A stretch of DNA of 62,087 bases, filler included, from Pirum gemmata (GCA_002812295.1; 11 parts of 11 records of this genome joined end to end with filler, not necessarily neighbours in it); one strand, 5' to 3'; positions 39,052 through 50,836 are shown, counted from the whole stretch's first letter. The notes: generated by a model not told the origin, from the letters alone. Program-made: numbers and translations.

Positions 39052-40140
39052 CTAGTTACACGTTTTTGTATTAGCAGCAAGACATTTTTCAGTTTGATCC
39101 ATAGTGAGCCAATCACTAGTAGAGGCGTCAGCAAATTCTTTCATTACATCTGCACCTTCAGCTACCTTAACATCGCATTTATCTATATCTCTATTGTAAT
39201 GATATTCCATTTGATACTGTACACAATTGATAACAGAGTCACAAGAAGAGAAACCTTTTCCACAAGCATTATGCATTTTTGACACACAACTATCCATTTT
39301 GGAAATACAATCATAGTCTTCTTTTATAAGGCAACCTAACTTACCAGCATTACACATCACTTTAGCTAACTCTATGACAAAGTCTTTACCTAAATTCGCA
39401 ATAGGGGTAGCCACGCATTCCCAATTGGTGCACAATTCTCCATTATTCTGGTATGGTGTTTCAAAACCTTCTTTTGTGCAAGGTTTGTAGCAACGAGCTC
39501 CGGTTTTAAATTCCCCATCTTTACAAGACATGGCAGACATGCCTTTACTATCAGCACCACGTCCACAAGTTTCTCCATTGTTAGTGTAACCAGATCGACA
39601 GTTTTCGTAACAACGAGCTCCCACTCGGAATTCATCATTATGACAAGACATAGAAGACATGGATTTAGTGCTAGCACTGCGGCCACAAGTTTCTCCATTG
39701 TTAGTGTAGCCAGATTTACACTTTTTATAGCAACGAGCCCCGGAGCGAAACTCTGTGGATTTACAAGTCATTGAACCCATTCCTTTAGAAGAAAAAGGTG
39801 GTTTATAACAAGAAGCCCCCATGTTTGTATAACCAGAAGGACAGTCTGCCACGCGGGAGCTTTGCGAGTAAGTGTGGGCTGCACGATAACACGTTGCACC
39901 TGTATTCGTGTAACCACTAGGGCAATCGGCGACACGACTATCAGCGGAATAAGTGTCAGGACCGCGATAACAAGTAAGGCCCATGTTTGTATAGCTACTT
40001 GGACAATCAGCTACTCTGGAATCCTGAGAATAAGAACATTTGGAGTCCCTTCTAACTTTTTCCATTGCCTTAGCATCGGATAACGTAGCAAAGTTCAAAG
40101 AACTTATGATAACAATCGCTAGCAAGTTGATTATGAACAT
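39052..40140 (-). CDS. Secreted Cys-rich repeat protein
   Basis: Signal peptide, 3 x SRVADCPSxYTNxGxxCY, 3 x SMxCxxxEFxxGARCYxxC...NNGExC, and a C-terminal Cys-rich domain; intronless, 362 aa. Confidence 0.88.
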   Translation of the reverse strand: MFIINLLAIVIISSLNFATLSDAKAMEKVRRDSKCSYSQDSRVADCPSSYTNMGLTCYRGPDTYSADSRVADCPSGYTNTGATCYRAAHTYSQSSRVADCPSGYTNMGASCYKPPFSSKGMGSMTCKSTEFRSGARCYKKCKSGYTNNGETCGRSASTKSMSSMSCHNDEFRVGARCYENCRSGYTNNGETCGRGADSKGMSAMSCKDGEFKTGARCYKPCTKEGFETPYQNNGELCTNWECVATPIANLGKDFVIELAKVMCNAGKLGCLIKEDYDCISKMDSCVSKMHNACGKGFSSCDSVINCVQYQMEYHYNRDIDKCDVKVAEGADVMKEFADASTSDWLTMDQTEKCLAANTKTCN

Positions 40141-43100
40141 TTTTTAATTTTTTCAATTTTTCTAGTATATTATTTTGTTTATTTCTTTACTTGTTTGTGA
40201 ATATATTTGTTTTTTTNNNNNNNNNNNNNNNNNNNNNNNNNNNNNNNNNNNNNNNNNNNNTTAATTAATTAANNNNNNNNNNNNNNNNNNNNNNNNNNNN
40301 NNNNNNNNNNNNNNNNTTTATCATAATATATTATAGCAAAGTGATAACCTAGCATCCTCTTTTTTTTTTTTTTTTTTCATCCAAACCTTTTTAAAAATTT
40401 ATTGTTGCATTTTATCTAAAAAAGGAGTTGTTTCCAAATATGTATCATCTTAAAGTATTATTTCCAAATACGATTATTAAAAGTAATAATTTTAACTTTA
40501 ATGGGTGCGTGTTTTTTGCATTTAGCAGTATTTTCCAAATGTGCATGGCATTTTAAAAACAATTTGTATCAATTTGTCTAGATCACTTTGCCCTCGTCGA
40601 GACCTAGAACTTGATTGAAGTCAAAGGCTCCATTCTTTGTTCAAGATAATTTTGTCACTCCGAATATTTATTTGGTAATTTATAATATTTATATTGATAC
40701 TTTTAAATAAATAAATATATAACACAATATACCAAATTGAATGAAATGGATTTATATTTTATTAATTTGGTACTATTTATGACGACAAAATAACTGAAAA
40801 AAACGATAAATTTTACAAATGATATCGATAGATATCAATAGTAGTAGCTTCTCCCAATTTTCCTTTGTTTAAAAATCGAGTTTTCGAGCCTTTAATTAAA
40901 TAAGTTCGAAAGTTTTAAGGTAAGAGATAATTATTCGAGTATATTTATTTATTTATAAACCCGAAAAAAATGAAAAAATAATTTTCGAACAGGGCTGAAT
41001 TTCAACTTTTTTTTTTCGACAGCAGAAATTCGAGTTTTCGGGCTCGAGTAGAATTGAGGGTAACGAACGCAAATTTCCGGTCAAGTACAGCTTCAAATAC
41101 CCCTACCTACCTACCCCTTGACGTGACGTATTATTTGATGCTCCCATAGTACAAAAAGTGGGGGATATTTGACTTTTATTTGACAAATCAAATGTAGACC
41201 CGCCGGTCTATTTCCGTTTCTGGTTCCACTCTATTATTATTTTTTTTAAAAAAAAAATAGTTGCTAAAACTGTTGTAAAACTGTAGAAATCATTTTTCTT
41301 TTAGACTTCTTTTCTAACTAGCCAAAATATTATTTTAAAAACTAGTTTTTGGTGCATAATAGAGTTTTCTTAGTTAGACGATTCCTCAAATTTTGGTAGT
41401 ACTTCGTGAAAATTGGAACGTTTTGAGATTTTTTGGATTTTTTGAGCTTTTATATGGTATGGCGTAGAAGCTGGCGTAGACTATGTTGCCATTTTTCTGG
41501 CCGTGAAAATGTACCAAAATTAGCTACTAGCTAGCTAGAGTAGCCGGCTTCCTTATCATGTACTACTGATTCCTACTGAATACGTAGTGTTTCCTCTCAT
41601 TTGTTTATAATCTCTCAGTAGATTTTATTCGTTTTTGATTAGCAGTCGTTCGGGTAACCACTCTATTGTAGCTAGGGCAACCAATGGAGGCAACTATCAA
41701 TACCCAAATAGCAAGAGCCCAGAGGGGGTGTACTTCTAAACAGGGGTGTACCGTGTACTTGGGGTTTTTAGTCAAATTATGGATATAATTTTGGTTCCGA
41801 ATAACAAGTAGGTAGCATAATGTCAATTGGGTAAGTTGTAAGTGACAGAGGAATGTAGTAACTAATGTATAACAAAAGTAAAAAAGAGAAAAAATATAAA
41901 AAATATCTTATTTGAAAGTATTATAATCCATAATTTGACTTAATTTGACTTTTTTTTGCAAAAACGCTTACAATAACTTGTTCTCCCCTCTCTATGAAGT
42001 GCTAGATACTTTAATTAAACTACCTTTTATTGTTATTAATATCATAATATTTTGTATAATCGACTATTATTTTGTTACAGAAGTAGGATTACTTTGCTAT
42101 ATAAATTTAATGTAATTTCTGTAGATACCAAAGTAAGGTTTGAGTATATATTAATATGCTGGCGTGGATTTAAAAAATTAACTAGGGGTATAGTATCATT
42201 CCGTCAGAGTCTTCAAGACATTGTGCTCTAATAACTAGGCCGGGGATATTATGTATTAATACATATATGTATATATTATCCTAACCCTAACCCTTTTCCC
42301 TTCTATCACTACCTCTCACTACCTCTCACCCTATCCCTATTCCTATCCCCACCCCCTTAAAACCTTAACCTTAACCTTAACCTTAACCTTAACCACTAAC
42401 CCTGCCCCTGCCTGTGCCCCTGCCCTTATAAATAATTACCCTAACCCTGCCCCTAACCATAACTCTAACCCGTCCACCCTATCCCTGTCCTATATACATA
42501 CTAAAGCTAGGATTATAGATAACGCTGCAAGTCTAGCGAGTCAGGTTTGTGGAAACCTATAGCTAGTAGCCTGGGAGGGAGAGTAGTCTATGGGCTACTA
42601 CAGAACTAATATATAATTTATATATACAATCAGGTTCTTGTAAACAATCGATCTATCGATAGTAAAAAAAACACAGACTATCATATCACTATAAGATTCG
42701 TAACAAAACTTATTCTAGAAAACTTTTTAAAAATTTTATTATAAAATAATTAATATATTACTATATATATTATATTTATCATATAAGGGGATTTATGTAG
42801 GGGGGATTTATGATAGTCCTAAAATAAGGGAAACCTAGAAAAAAGAAACAAAATAATTGGGGGGACCTTGAAAAGATAGACCCAGACAGTCCGACAAATT
42901 CTCCGACTCCCAGGCAAACAACCAAGAGTCAACCAAACAACCTGTAGACTAGCTAGGGCAAACAACCTTTTATATATCATTAGGCCCATTTATTGTGCTT
43001 TTCAGTTGTTTTGTCATCATAAAATATACAAGAAAGAGTACCAAATTAATATAATATAACTCCATTTTATTTAATTTGGTATATTTTATAATGTAATTAT

Positions 43101-44818
43101 TAATTTAAAAATATCAATTTAAATATTATAACCAACAAAATAAATATTCAGAGTGACAAAATAAATGAAAAACACAATAGACTGGGTCTATATATATTAT
43201 CTACTGCCTACTGTTTTCTTTATGTTAGGGGCTATTGGACAAAAAAACGATATTTTTATATCTCGTTTATCCATTCGTTTGAAAAGCGATATAAGCGAGC
43301 TTCAAATTGTTCCAAATTACAAATAATGTCAGCCAGTAGTCTTTAGAAGTTCAACCAACTAACTTCTAAACTTTTCTTCTATGATTGGCCTTTTTCTTTT
43401 TGGCAAGGTTTTCACGTTACAGAATACAGATTTCTTTGCTAGCAGATTTCTTGTATGATAATATTATCATAACATTGCTCAAAAGAAATTTTATTATTTA
43501 TTTTTTTTAAAAAAAAAATTATATTGAAGTTTGGGTAATAGTAACTTGTATGATAGTAATTGATAGCATAGTTTAAATAGCTTTTTTTTCAGATTTATTT
43601 TACTATTTGAGCATACCGAGGGTTAATAAACTTTGCTAGAAGGAATTATTGATACAGAAATCACTTTTATCTATTTTTCTGTTAGTTATGAATCATAGCA
43701 ACGTTAACGCTAGGCCTCGTGATGTAAATTATATATAATTATATACAACGCTTTTTTATTGTATACTTTTTTAATTATGTTTACAGTAGCAGTATACTAC
43801 TACGCATATACATATTATTTCATAAGACTTAATAGGGTTAGGGTTAGGGTTATTAGGGTCAGGGTTAGGGTTAGGGTTACGGTTAGGATTAGTTAATAAG
43901 ATATAAAGTTTACAAGTGCATTATATAATTATCATACAAGGTTGGTCATATAATAATATTATACCCATTATATAATAGTGATTCAAGAGCAACAACAGCA
44001 CCACCATCACCATCACCAGCACCATAATCATTATCGCCATCGATCATCACCATCATCATCATCGATCAGTTTTCCTATTGCTTGCATCATAACGGATAAC
44101 TACTCGAATAGTAAAAGAGTTTAGGAACAATTGAGAGTGTGCGTGTACGTGTGCGTGTGCGTTTGTGTGGGTGTGGTGTTGGTGGGTGTAGATGTGGGTG
44201 TAATATTTTAAATGTATATACATATTATTAATATTGTAACAATTAATATAATTCACGGATTATTCATCACTTTTTTATCTTTTATTTTTTTTTTTATTTT
44301 GAAAAAAAATTTTATTTATTTATTTTGGTTTTTACGACATTAGCAACTTTGCACTCTAGACTTGACAGTGTTGACACTCAGTTTTACAACTTTTACTTGA
44401 ATGTTTTTGGGAACAAACAAACAAAAGAAATATTCCATTGGTGTAGGATATTTTAGCTTTTTCAGCTATAGCAGTATTTGGGATTTAAATAATCGACAAC
44501 AGCGAATAGGCGTATAGTCTTTAGAAAAAATAAATTTTCAAAAAAAAGTTTACAAAAAAAAAAGAAGTTTACAAAAAAAAAAAAATAGAAAAATCTTTTT
44601 TTTTTTTTTTTTTTTNNNNNNNNNNNNNNNNNNNNNNNNNNNNNNNNNNNNNNNNNNNNTTAATTAATTAANNNNNNNNNNNNNNNNNNNNNNNNNNNNN
44701 NNNNNNNNNNNNNNNGCACTACCAATATTTTTCAAAATTTGTGCTGCAGTTTTTATTTTTTTTTTCATTTTTTTTATTTATTTTATTAAATAAAAAATAA
44801 TTTTAGAAAAAAATATTT

Positions 44819-45004
44819 TTATTTATTTATTTGGTTTAAAATACTGGCTCCTTTAGCCATAGTTTGTTTATCTAATAGTTTTTTGTATTTGCTATAGGAG
44901 CCTGTTCCATTTATTATGGTTGTATAAGGAAATCTAACTCCTGAGCCATAATGGTTTTGAACATTGAGCATGTTATGGGTATTATTAGTAGTATAATCTT
45001 TCAT
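44819..45004 (-). CDS. Small viral hypothetical protein (possible core protein)
   Basis: 61 aa starting 16 nt after the penton-like stop; GxG motifs (YGSG, NGTG) and a basic C-terminus. Confidence 0.55.
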   Translation of the reverse strand: MKDYTTNNTHNMLNVQNHYGSGVRFPYTTIINGTGSYSKYKKLLDKQTMAKGASILNQINK

Positions 45005-45020
45005 TTATTATATATAATAA

Positions 45021-45584
45021 TTATTTTTTTATTTTTTTCTCTTGTAATTTAATATCTAAATATTTTCTCATTAAAACACTACCGTCTTCTAATTCCTGGT
45101 GATAATCAGTAGTGATGAGAAACACCATTTCTATAGGTTCATTAAACGTAACTATCTCATCGTTTTGATTAGTTATTGTAACAACAATATGATTCATATT
45201 TAAATCATCTGCTAATTGTCTTAAATATGTATTGCATAACTCACCTACTAGATAGGTTTGGTCAAATCCAACAGCTGCTCCTGTACTCAGGTCAACTTGT
45301 GGGGTAAAATCGGCCATAATATAGCCAAAACGTTGGTTGTAAGTCCCTTCAACTTGTTCTGAAATATTTAAGCCTTCGAGGTAGATGTTTAATCTTGTTG
45401 TGTCAACGGGCGCGATATTTTCATTAGTGAAATACATTTTTTGTAAAACAATATGAGTGACGCCGTTATTAGGAATTTCAACAAGAGGAAAATTTATACG
45501 GAATTTGTTGAATGTGGTTTCTGCTAAAGGTAATTTTAAGTACCTATATTTTATAGTATTTTTGTTAAATGTTATCGATGACAT
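45021..45584 (-). CDS. Putative minor capsid (penton, single jelly-roll) protein
   Basis: 187 aa with alternating hydrophobic beta-strand patterns; MNHIVVTITNQNDEIVTFNEPIEMVFLI resembles the C-terminal motif of PLV/Polinton pentons; adjacent to the MCP. Confidence 0.65.
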   Translation of the reverse strand: MSSITFNKNTIKYRYLKLPLAETTFNKFRINFPLVEIPNNGVTHIVLQKMYFTNENIAPVDTTRLNIYLEGLNISEQVEGTYNQRFGYIMADFTPQVDLSTGAAVGFDQTYLVGELCNTYLRQLADDLNMNHIVVTITNQNDEIVTFNEPIEMVFLITTDYHQELEDGSVLMRKYLDIKLQEKKIKK

Positions 45585-45622
45585 TATTATTATTTTATTT
45601 ATTATTATTTATTTATTATTAT

Positions 45623-46993
45623 TTATTTATTATTATTTATTTGTATCAAAATTATTATTATTATTATTATTATTATTATTTTTATTCTTCCAAAATTCAC
45701 CACCAAGTCGGCATGTAACTGCGCGCAGTTTTTTAATGTTAATAACATTGCAGATCCATAAGTACTGCTCGAATTGAACCCGGATAATTCTACGTCAGCA
45801 GATGTCAAATCAAGACCCAAAAACCAGTTCTGAGCCGCTCCAGATCCCCAATTAAACCGGTCTAAATTAAAACTAGTATTGTTATCCATAAAGTTAGAAA
45901 TAGCATTCGTAGTTAAGGCTAAGGAGTGGGCCATTTTATTTTTTGTCACGTTTACCACATCAAGTGGAGTTCTGGTATTCGCTGCCTTGAATTGATACTG
46001 AAACGTGTTACCATTGCCAGGGTATTTTAACAAATATGTATCCTTTAACATATCGTCTATAGCACTACTATCCCTTGCCAATAGGAAACAACTTTTAATA
46101 TCTGTTCGATATTGACTAAGACTCATATCCAAATTTCCGTTAATTGCACCTGATGTCCCGGACCATGTTGTTAAATAAAACGGCACTGGCTCGGAATCGA
46201 GCAGCTTTGAAAAACTCGAAATAAATTGAGAATCATAGGTTACTGCAGGGTATACAAATTGCATATCACTGATTTCAATCTCGAACGTTTTGACTTTCGG
46301 ATCCGTTAATACCGTACCAGCTCCTACAAAATTTAATGCTTTTTCTTCAGTATTTAAGGTGAATTCTAGGTTCATTTCACCTGTAAATGGTGATGGGAAA
46401 TTAGTGGCCATATTAAATAAGCCAATAGATTGCGGTTTTAAAATAACTTCTAGCCCTTCATTACTGGCCATTTTATAAAGTAAGTTGTGTCTATATAATT
46501 CTTGTTCTTCTGTGGTCCATTCAGAGCTTTCTATTAAAAATGTATCGGCTGTTGGGCAATTAGCATGATGTTGACTTGTAGTATAATAATTCATAAGGTG
46601 TTCAATTAAATCAAATTCTGATATTTCTTCTAAAATCTGTCCATTTATGGTGCTCTTAAATTTACTAAAGAAGGAGCTCGTAGAGCTAACTTGCACACCT
46701 CGTGTTTTTTCAGTACCAGTAGCGGCCGAATCTTTAGCTATTTCAGTATTAATATCTCCTTCACCTGTAACTAGGCGAACAACGAATCGGAAATAAGCAT
46801 CGTTAAAGTCAATAAATGCTTGACTGGGTAATTTAAAACGAATATTACGATTGGATTTACGTTTAAAAACACCTGCAGCTTCCGGACTTAAGGTAACAAT
46901 TTCCCTTTTTGTAACATGGCTCGATCTGGGAAAAACGAAATTCTCTTTTCGAGTCAATCCTTTTTGTGCTGTCTGTAATTCGGTCAAACTCAT
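45623..46993 (-). CDS. Putative major capsid protein (double jelly-roll, Polinton-like virus type)
   Basis: About 440 aa with PLV-MCP-like motifs in the expected order: IRFKLPSQAFIDFNDAYFRF, STINGQILEEISEFDLI, MNLEFTL, FQYQFKAANTRTP, FLGLDLTSADVELSGFNS. Confidence 0.8.
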   Translation of the reverse strand: MSLTELQTAQKGLTRKENFVFPRSSHVTKREIVTLSPEAAGVFKRKSNRNIRFKLPSQAFIDFNDAYFRFVVRLVTGEGDINTEIAKDSAATGTEKTRGVQVSSTSSFFSKFKSTINGQILEEISEFDLIEHLMNYYTTSQHHANCPTADTFLIESSEWTTEEQELYRHNLLYKMASNEGLEVILKPQSIGLFNMATNFPSPFTGEMNLEFTLNTEEKALNFVGAGTVLTDPKVKTFEIEISDMQFVYPAVTYDSQFISSFSKLLDSEPVPFYLTTWSGTSGAINGNLDMSLSQYRTDIKSCFLLARDSSAIDDMLKDTYLLKYPGNGNTFQYQFKAANTRTPLDVVNVTKNKMAHSLALTTNAISNFMDNNTSFNLDRFNWGSGAAQNWFLGLDLTSADVELSGFNSSSTYGSAMLLTLKNCAQLHADLVVNFGRIKIIIIIIIIIILIQINNNK

Positions 46994-47170
46994 TTTTTTT
47001 TTATTTTTGTTACTTATTTATTATTATTTATTTTTTTTTTTTTTAATTTTTAACTTCTAATGGATAATTTATTGAAATTTTATTATTATTATGATCAATT
47101 ATAATATGTTGTTCTATATTTTTTAATCTTTTATCAACATTATCGATTTTTTTTTTTATTTTTTTTTTTT

Positions 47171-47356
47171 TTAATTTTTAACTTCTAATGGATAATTAAT
47201 TGAAATTTTATTATTATTATGATCAATTATAATATGTTGTTCTATATTTTTTAATCTTTTATCAACATTATCGATTTTTATTATTATTTTCTCTAAATTA
47301 TGTAGTATGATTTGAAACTTTTCATCAACATATTTTTGGCTTGTTAATATAATCAT
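47171..47356 (-). CDS. Small coiled-coil viral hypothetical protein
   Basis: 61 aa with a heptad pattern (LEKIIIKIDNVDKRLKNIE), lying between fibre and MCP. Confidence 0.45.
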   Translation of the reverse strand: MIILTSQKYVDEKFQIILHNLEKIIIKIDNVDKRLKNIEQHIIIDHNNNKISINYPLEVKN

Positions 47357-47397
47357 TATTTATTTATTTATAATATTGATAATTTTTATTTCATAAT

Positions 47398-48957
47398 TTA
47401 AGGACCTGATGGACCAATACCTTGAGCAAAAACAAAATCAGTTATTTCGACTGGTTTTGAACTAGCCTTCCAATAGCCTCCAAGTCTAGAGAGTAAATAT
47501 TCATCACCACCAATATTCACTACCTTGTTTTGTGGTGGCGGTCCGCTACCGGGAAATAATATTTTGAAACTCGTTAAATAGCCCCACTCTTTAGGCAAAA
47601 CTATATATGGAACACCTTGAGTTTTTGAATCTACAGGCACTTCTACAATATCAGGAGGTACGTCTGTTTTTTGTGAACTTCGTCTCAATTTTGTTGTAAT
47701 TTCATTCGCTGTTAACATGTATGGGTCAGATGGATCCGCTGTACCTGACGGTATGGTGGTTCCTATATAAAAATAATATGATTTTGGAGGAGGTGCACCA
47801 ATGCTTCCAATACCACCAATACTACCGATACCACCAATACTTCCAATACCACCAATACTTCCAATACCACCAATACTACCGATACCACCAATACTTCCAA
47901 TACCACCAATACTACCGATACCACCAATACTTCCAATACCACCAATACTACCGATACCACCAATACTTCCAATACCACCAATACTTCCAATACCACCAAT
48001 ACTTCCTATACCACCAATACTTCCTATACCACCAATACTTCCTATACCACCAATACTTCCTATACCACCAATACTTCCTATACCACCAATACTTCCTATA
48101 CTACCGATATTTGGAGGATCATCAGTATCACTTTTTTTCTTTTTTTTACACTTATCAGGGCATTTACCAGACACACCGTCACGTCCTTGCTTGCCTTCTT
48201 TGCCGTCTTCACCCTTAACTTTGCCTAGATTGATTTGTTTTTTGAAACCATTAATTTGAACCAAGGTAATCCATAAATTGTCACCAATTATCTTTGCATT
48301 TTCGTAATATTGTTCAATAGTTCCGTCTTTACCATCACGAGCGCCTATATTGATATCCCAACTTGTTATTGGTATAATATCGGGTGGTTTTTTATGATCA
48401 CGACTGGTACTCACAACAACACCTGTAAAATGAGTTTTATCGGTAATTGTATCATTAATAACGTTTGTTAACCTTAAATCAAAGTACCTATCAGTTTTAC
48501 TGCTACTAGAAATATGTGCTATCATTCCAATACTAAAATCCAAATCACTATTATCAACAGTAAATCTGGGCAAAAGTGAATTAAGCGTCGGTAACGGCTG
48601 CACTTGATTGCTTGTAGTATAATAGTTTGCATTTTTTCCATTAGGTCCTGGCGTTCCTTGTAAATTAACGCTGGTTTTTGGTACTAATTTAGAAACACCA
48701 GGAACGCTGGGTGCACTACAAATTTGATCTGTAACTAAAGGGTAAGGACCATCTCCATTTTTACTGACTAATTCAACCTGACAAATTCCTGTTAATTTAT
48801 TATAATTGCTAACTTTGGCAATAAAACTATTTCCACCGGTCCCTTTAACTAGCATCGTCATTCCACTACTCCAAGCTAATCCATCCTGTAATACTAGATA
48901 AAATTTATCACCTGGACTTTTTCCTAATAACGATAAAATAGCAATTTTACTAACAGC
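47398..48957 (-). CDS. Putative virion fibre/spike protein with Gly-X-Y repeats (5' end cut by linker)
   Basis: Frame open to the gap. Two beta-rich modules (GLAWSSGMTMLV...KVSNYNKLTG and DLDFSIGMIAHI...SWDINIG), short collagen-like runs (GEDGKEGKQGRDG), about 17 x GSIGGI, and a C-terminal globular domain. Confidence 0.7.
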   Translation of the reverse strand, partial: AVSKIAILSLLGKSPGDKFYLVLQDGLAWSSGMTMLVKGTGGNSFIAKVSNYNKLTGICQVELVSKNGDGPYPLVTDQICSAPSVPGVSKLVPKTSVNLQGTPGPNGKNANYYTTSNQVQPLPTLNSLLPRFTVDNSDLDFSIGMIAHISSSSKTDRYFDLRLTNVINDTITDKTHFTGVVVSTSRDHKKPPDIIPITSWDINIGARDGKDGTIEQYYENAKIIGDNLWITLVQINGFKKQINLGKVKGEDGKEGKQGRDGVSGKCPDKCKKKKKSDTDDPPNIGSIGSIGGIGSIGGIGSIGGIGSIGGIGSIGGIGSIGGIGSIGGIGSIGGIGSIGGIGSIGGIGSIGGIGSIGGIGSIGGIGSIGGIGSIGGIGSIGGIGSIGAPPPKSYYFYIGTTIPSGTADPSDPYMLTANEITTKLRRSSQKTDVPPDIVEVPVDSKTQGVPYIVLPKEWGYLTSFKILFPGSGPPPQNKVVNIGGDEYLLSRLGGYWKASSKPVEITDFVFAQGIGPSGP

Positions 48958-49057
48958 NNNNNNNNNNNNNNNNNNNNNNNNNNNNNNNNNNNNNNNNNNN
49001 NTTAATTAATTAANNNNNNNNNNNNNNNNNNNNNNNNNNNNNNNNNNNNNNNNNNNN

Positions 49058-49356
49058 TTTTTGTTGTTGTTGTTGTTGTTGTTGTTGTTGCATTCCGAAA
49101 ATATCTCTATTGTGTTTTCTTCTGTTAGTTTGATATCTATATCTTTCTTTTTTTTACTTTTAACTTTAAGTTTTTTATCTGTATTATTATTAACATCGTT
49201 GTAAATATGGTTTATTTTCGAAGCATAATTGGGTGTTATAACTTTATTGTTTTCTCTTTTTTGTAATAAAGCACTAGCGGTACTACCATCACTACTTTTA
49301 GAATGTTTTCTTTGTAAGCTACGAAAGCTATTGATACTGAAATTATTATTCCTCAT
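49058..49356 (-). CDS. N-terminus of a hypothetical basic/N-rich protein (truncated by linker)
   Basis: ATG after an (AAAAACC)n leader; frame open to the gap. Confidence 0.5.
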
Positions 49357-50836
49357 TTTTGGTTTTTGGTTTTTTGGTTTTTTTGGTTTGGTTTTTTTTT
49401 TGGTTTTTTAGTTTTTTGATTTTTTTGGTTTTTTGGTTTTTTAGCTTTTTGGTGTTTTTTTATTTTTTTTATTATCATAAAATTTTTTGGTTTGTTTTTG
49501 GTTTTATATATGATAATATTAATATTATAATACATGGTCTCTATAGAAACTCTATAGAACCAGATGTGGGTCTTTCGGCTAGCTAGTAGGGTCTTTCGGC
49601 TAGTAGCTTCTAGCTATTAGTAGGGAAGGACGTCACCTAATCTTAACTTTGTGCAAAAGACTTTTGGTCATAATTTTAAAGTTCATTTTAATAATTAATT
49701 ACTGCCTAAAACAGTTTAAGTCACACTTTCGAGCAATGACTTTTATCAAAGAATAAATAAGCTTTTACACAATTCTATTTAAATAATATTATAACCAACA
49801 GAATAAATACTCTCCTTTCCCCCTTTTCTACTAAATTTTTAGTCCTTTTTCCTAGTTTAGCACTAGCTAGAGGCTTAGGTCCCTTTTCCCACCTCCTTCT
49901 GTGGCAGTTCTGGCCCCTTTTCCCACCTCCTTCTGTGGCGGTTCTGGACCCCTTTTCTCTAGCCCCTTTTCTTATTTCCTTTTTGAGCCAATTATAATTA
50001 TAGTTACTTTCATTTATCTCCAAATATAGCACCTACCAGTAACTTCTCCCAATTCTACTCTGTTTAGAAATCGAGATTTCGAGTCTGTATATTAATTGAT
50101 AAGTTCGAAATGTTCAAGCTTGAAATTAAGTATTCAAATATATTTATTTATTAATAAACCCGAAAAATATGAAAAAAAAAAAATTTTCGAACGTAGCTGA
50201 ATTTTGGCTATTTTTGAAAAAAAAAAAATCAGCTCGTTGATTCGTCCGTATAAAAAAAAAAACAGTTGTTGCCTTATAAGGGCAATAGAGGCCATAATTT
50301 GAAAAACCTCCTTTTACCACTGGTCACTCCTCTCCCAATTCTGCTCGAGCCCGAAAACTCGAATTTTTGCTGTCGAAAAATTATTTTTTCCCATTTTTTC
50401 GGGGTTATAAATAAATAAATATACTCGAATACTTAACGGTTGGCTTAAAATTTTCAAACTTATTTAATTAATGGCATAGGCTCGAAAGCTAGATTTTTGA
50501 ACAAAGCAGAATTGGGAGAAGCCGACCTACCACTGGTAGAGTATACTAAACATGGTGCAAACAATTTAAAAACGTCCAACTTTTGGGTTTCACTAGAATT
50601 TTCAGTTTTCGATTATAGGTAATGTAATAAGTATATAATAGATTTGAAATTTTCGAACATAAAAAAAAAAAAAGTGTGACTTTTTTTAGTAAAAAAAAGT
50701 TGGCCGTTTTTAGAATGTTTGTACCATATTATTACTTAGAGTATCATAAACGAATTGCTAGAACGAATTGTTGATATGGTTTTGTATTAGAAAAATAGTT
50801 CCAACCAATGAAAAGCAACACTTATATCCCTGGTTA

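Larger units (their letters stand above)
44716..48957 (-). mobile_element. Polinton-like virus (double jelly-roll dsDNA virus) structural module, contig-bounded
   Basis: Five tightly packed, co-oriented, intronless ORFs plus the start of a sixth (MKKKIKTAAQILKNIGS near 44768), including MCP-like, penton-like and fibre-like proteins. No MITEs or CTAG tracts inside. Confidence 0.8.

Noticed and set aside
47721..48259. YHQYFQ and PILPIP repeat ORFs
   Set aside because: Opposite-strand frames of the GSIGGI repeat in the fibre gene.
23305..48957. DIRS recombinase acting as the integrase of the viral module
   Set aside because: Different contigs separated by several linkers, and the recombinase overlaps the retroelement pol.
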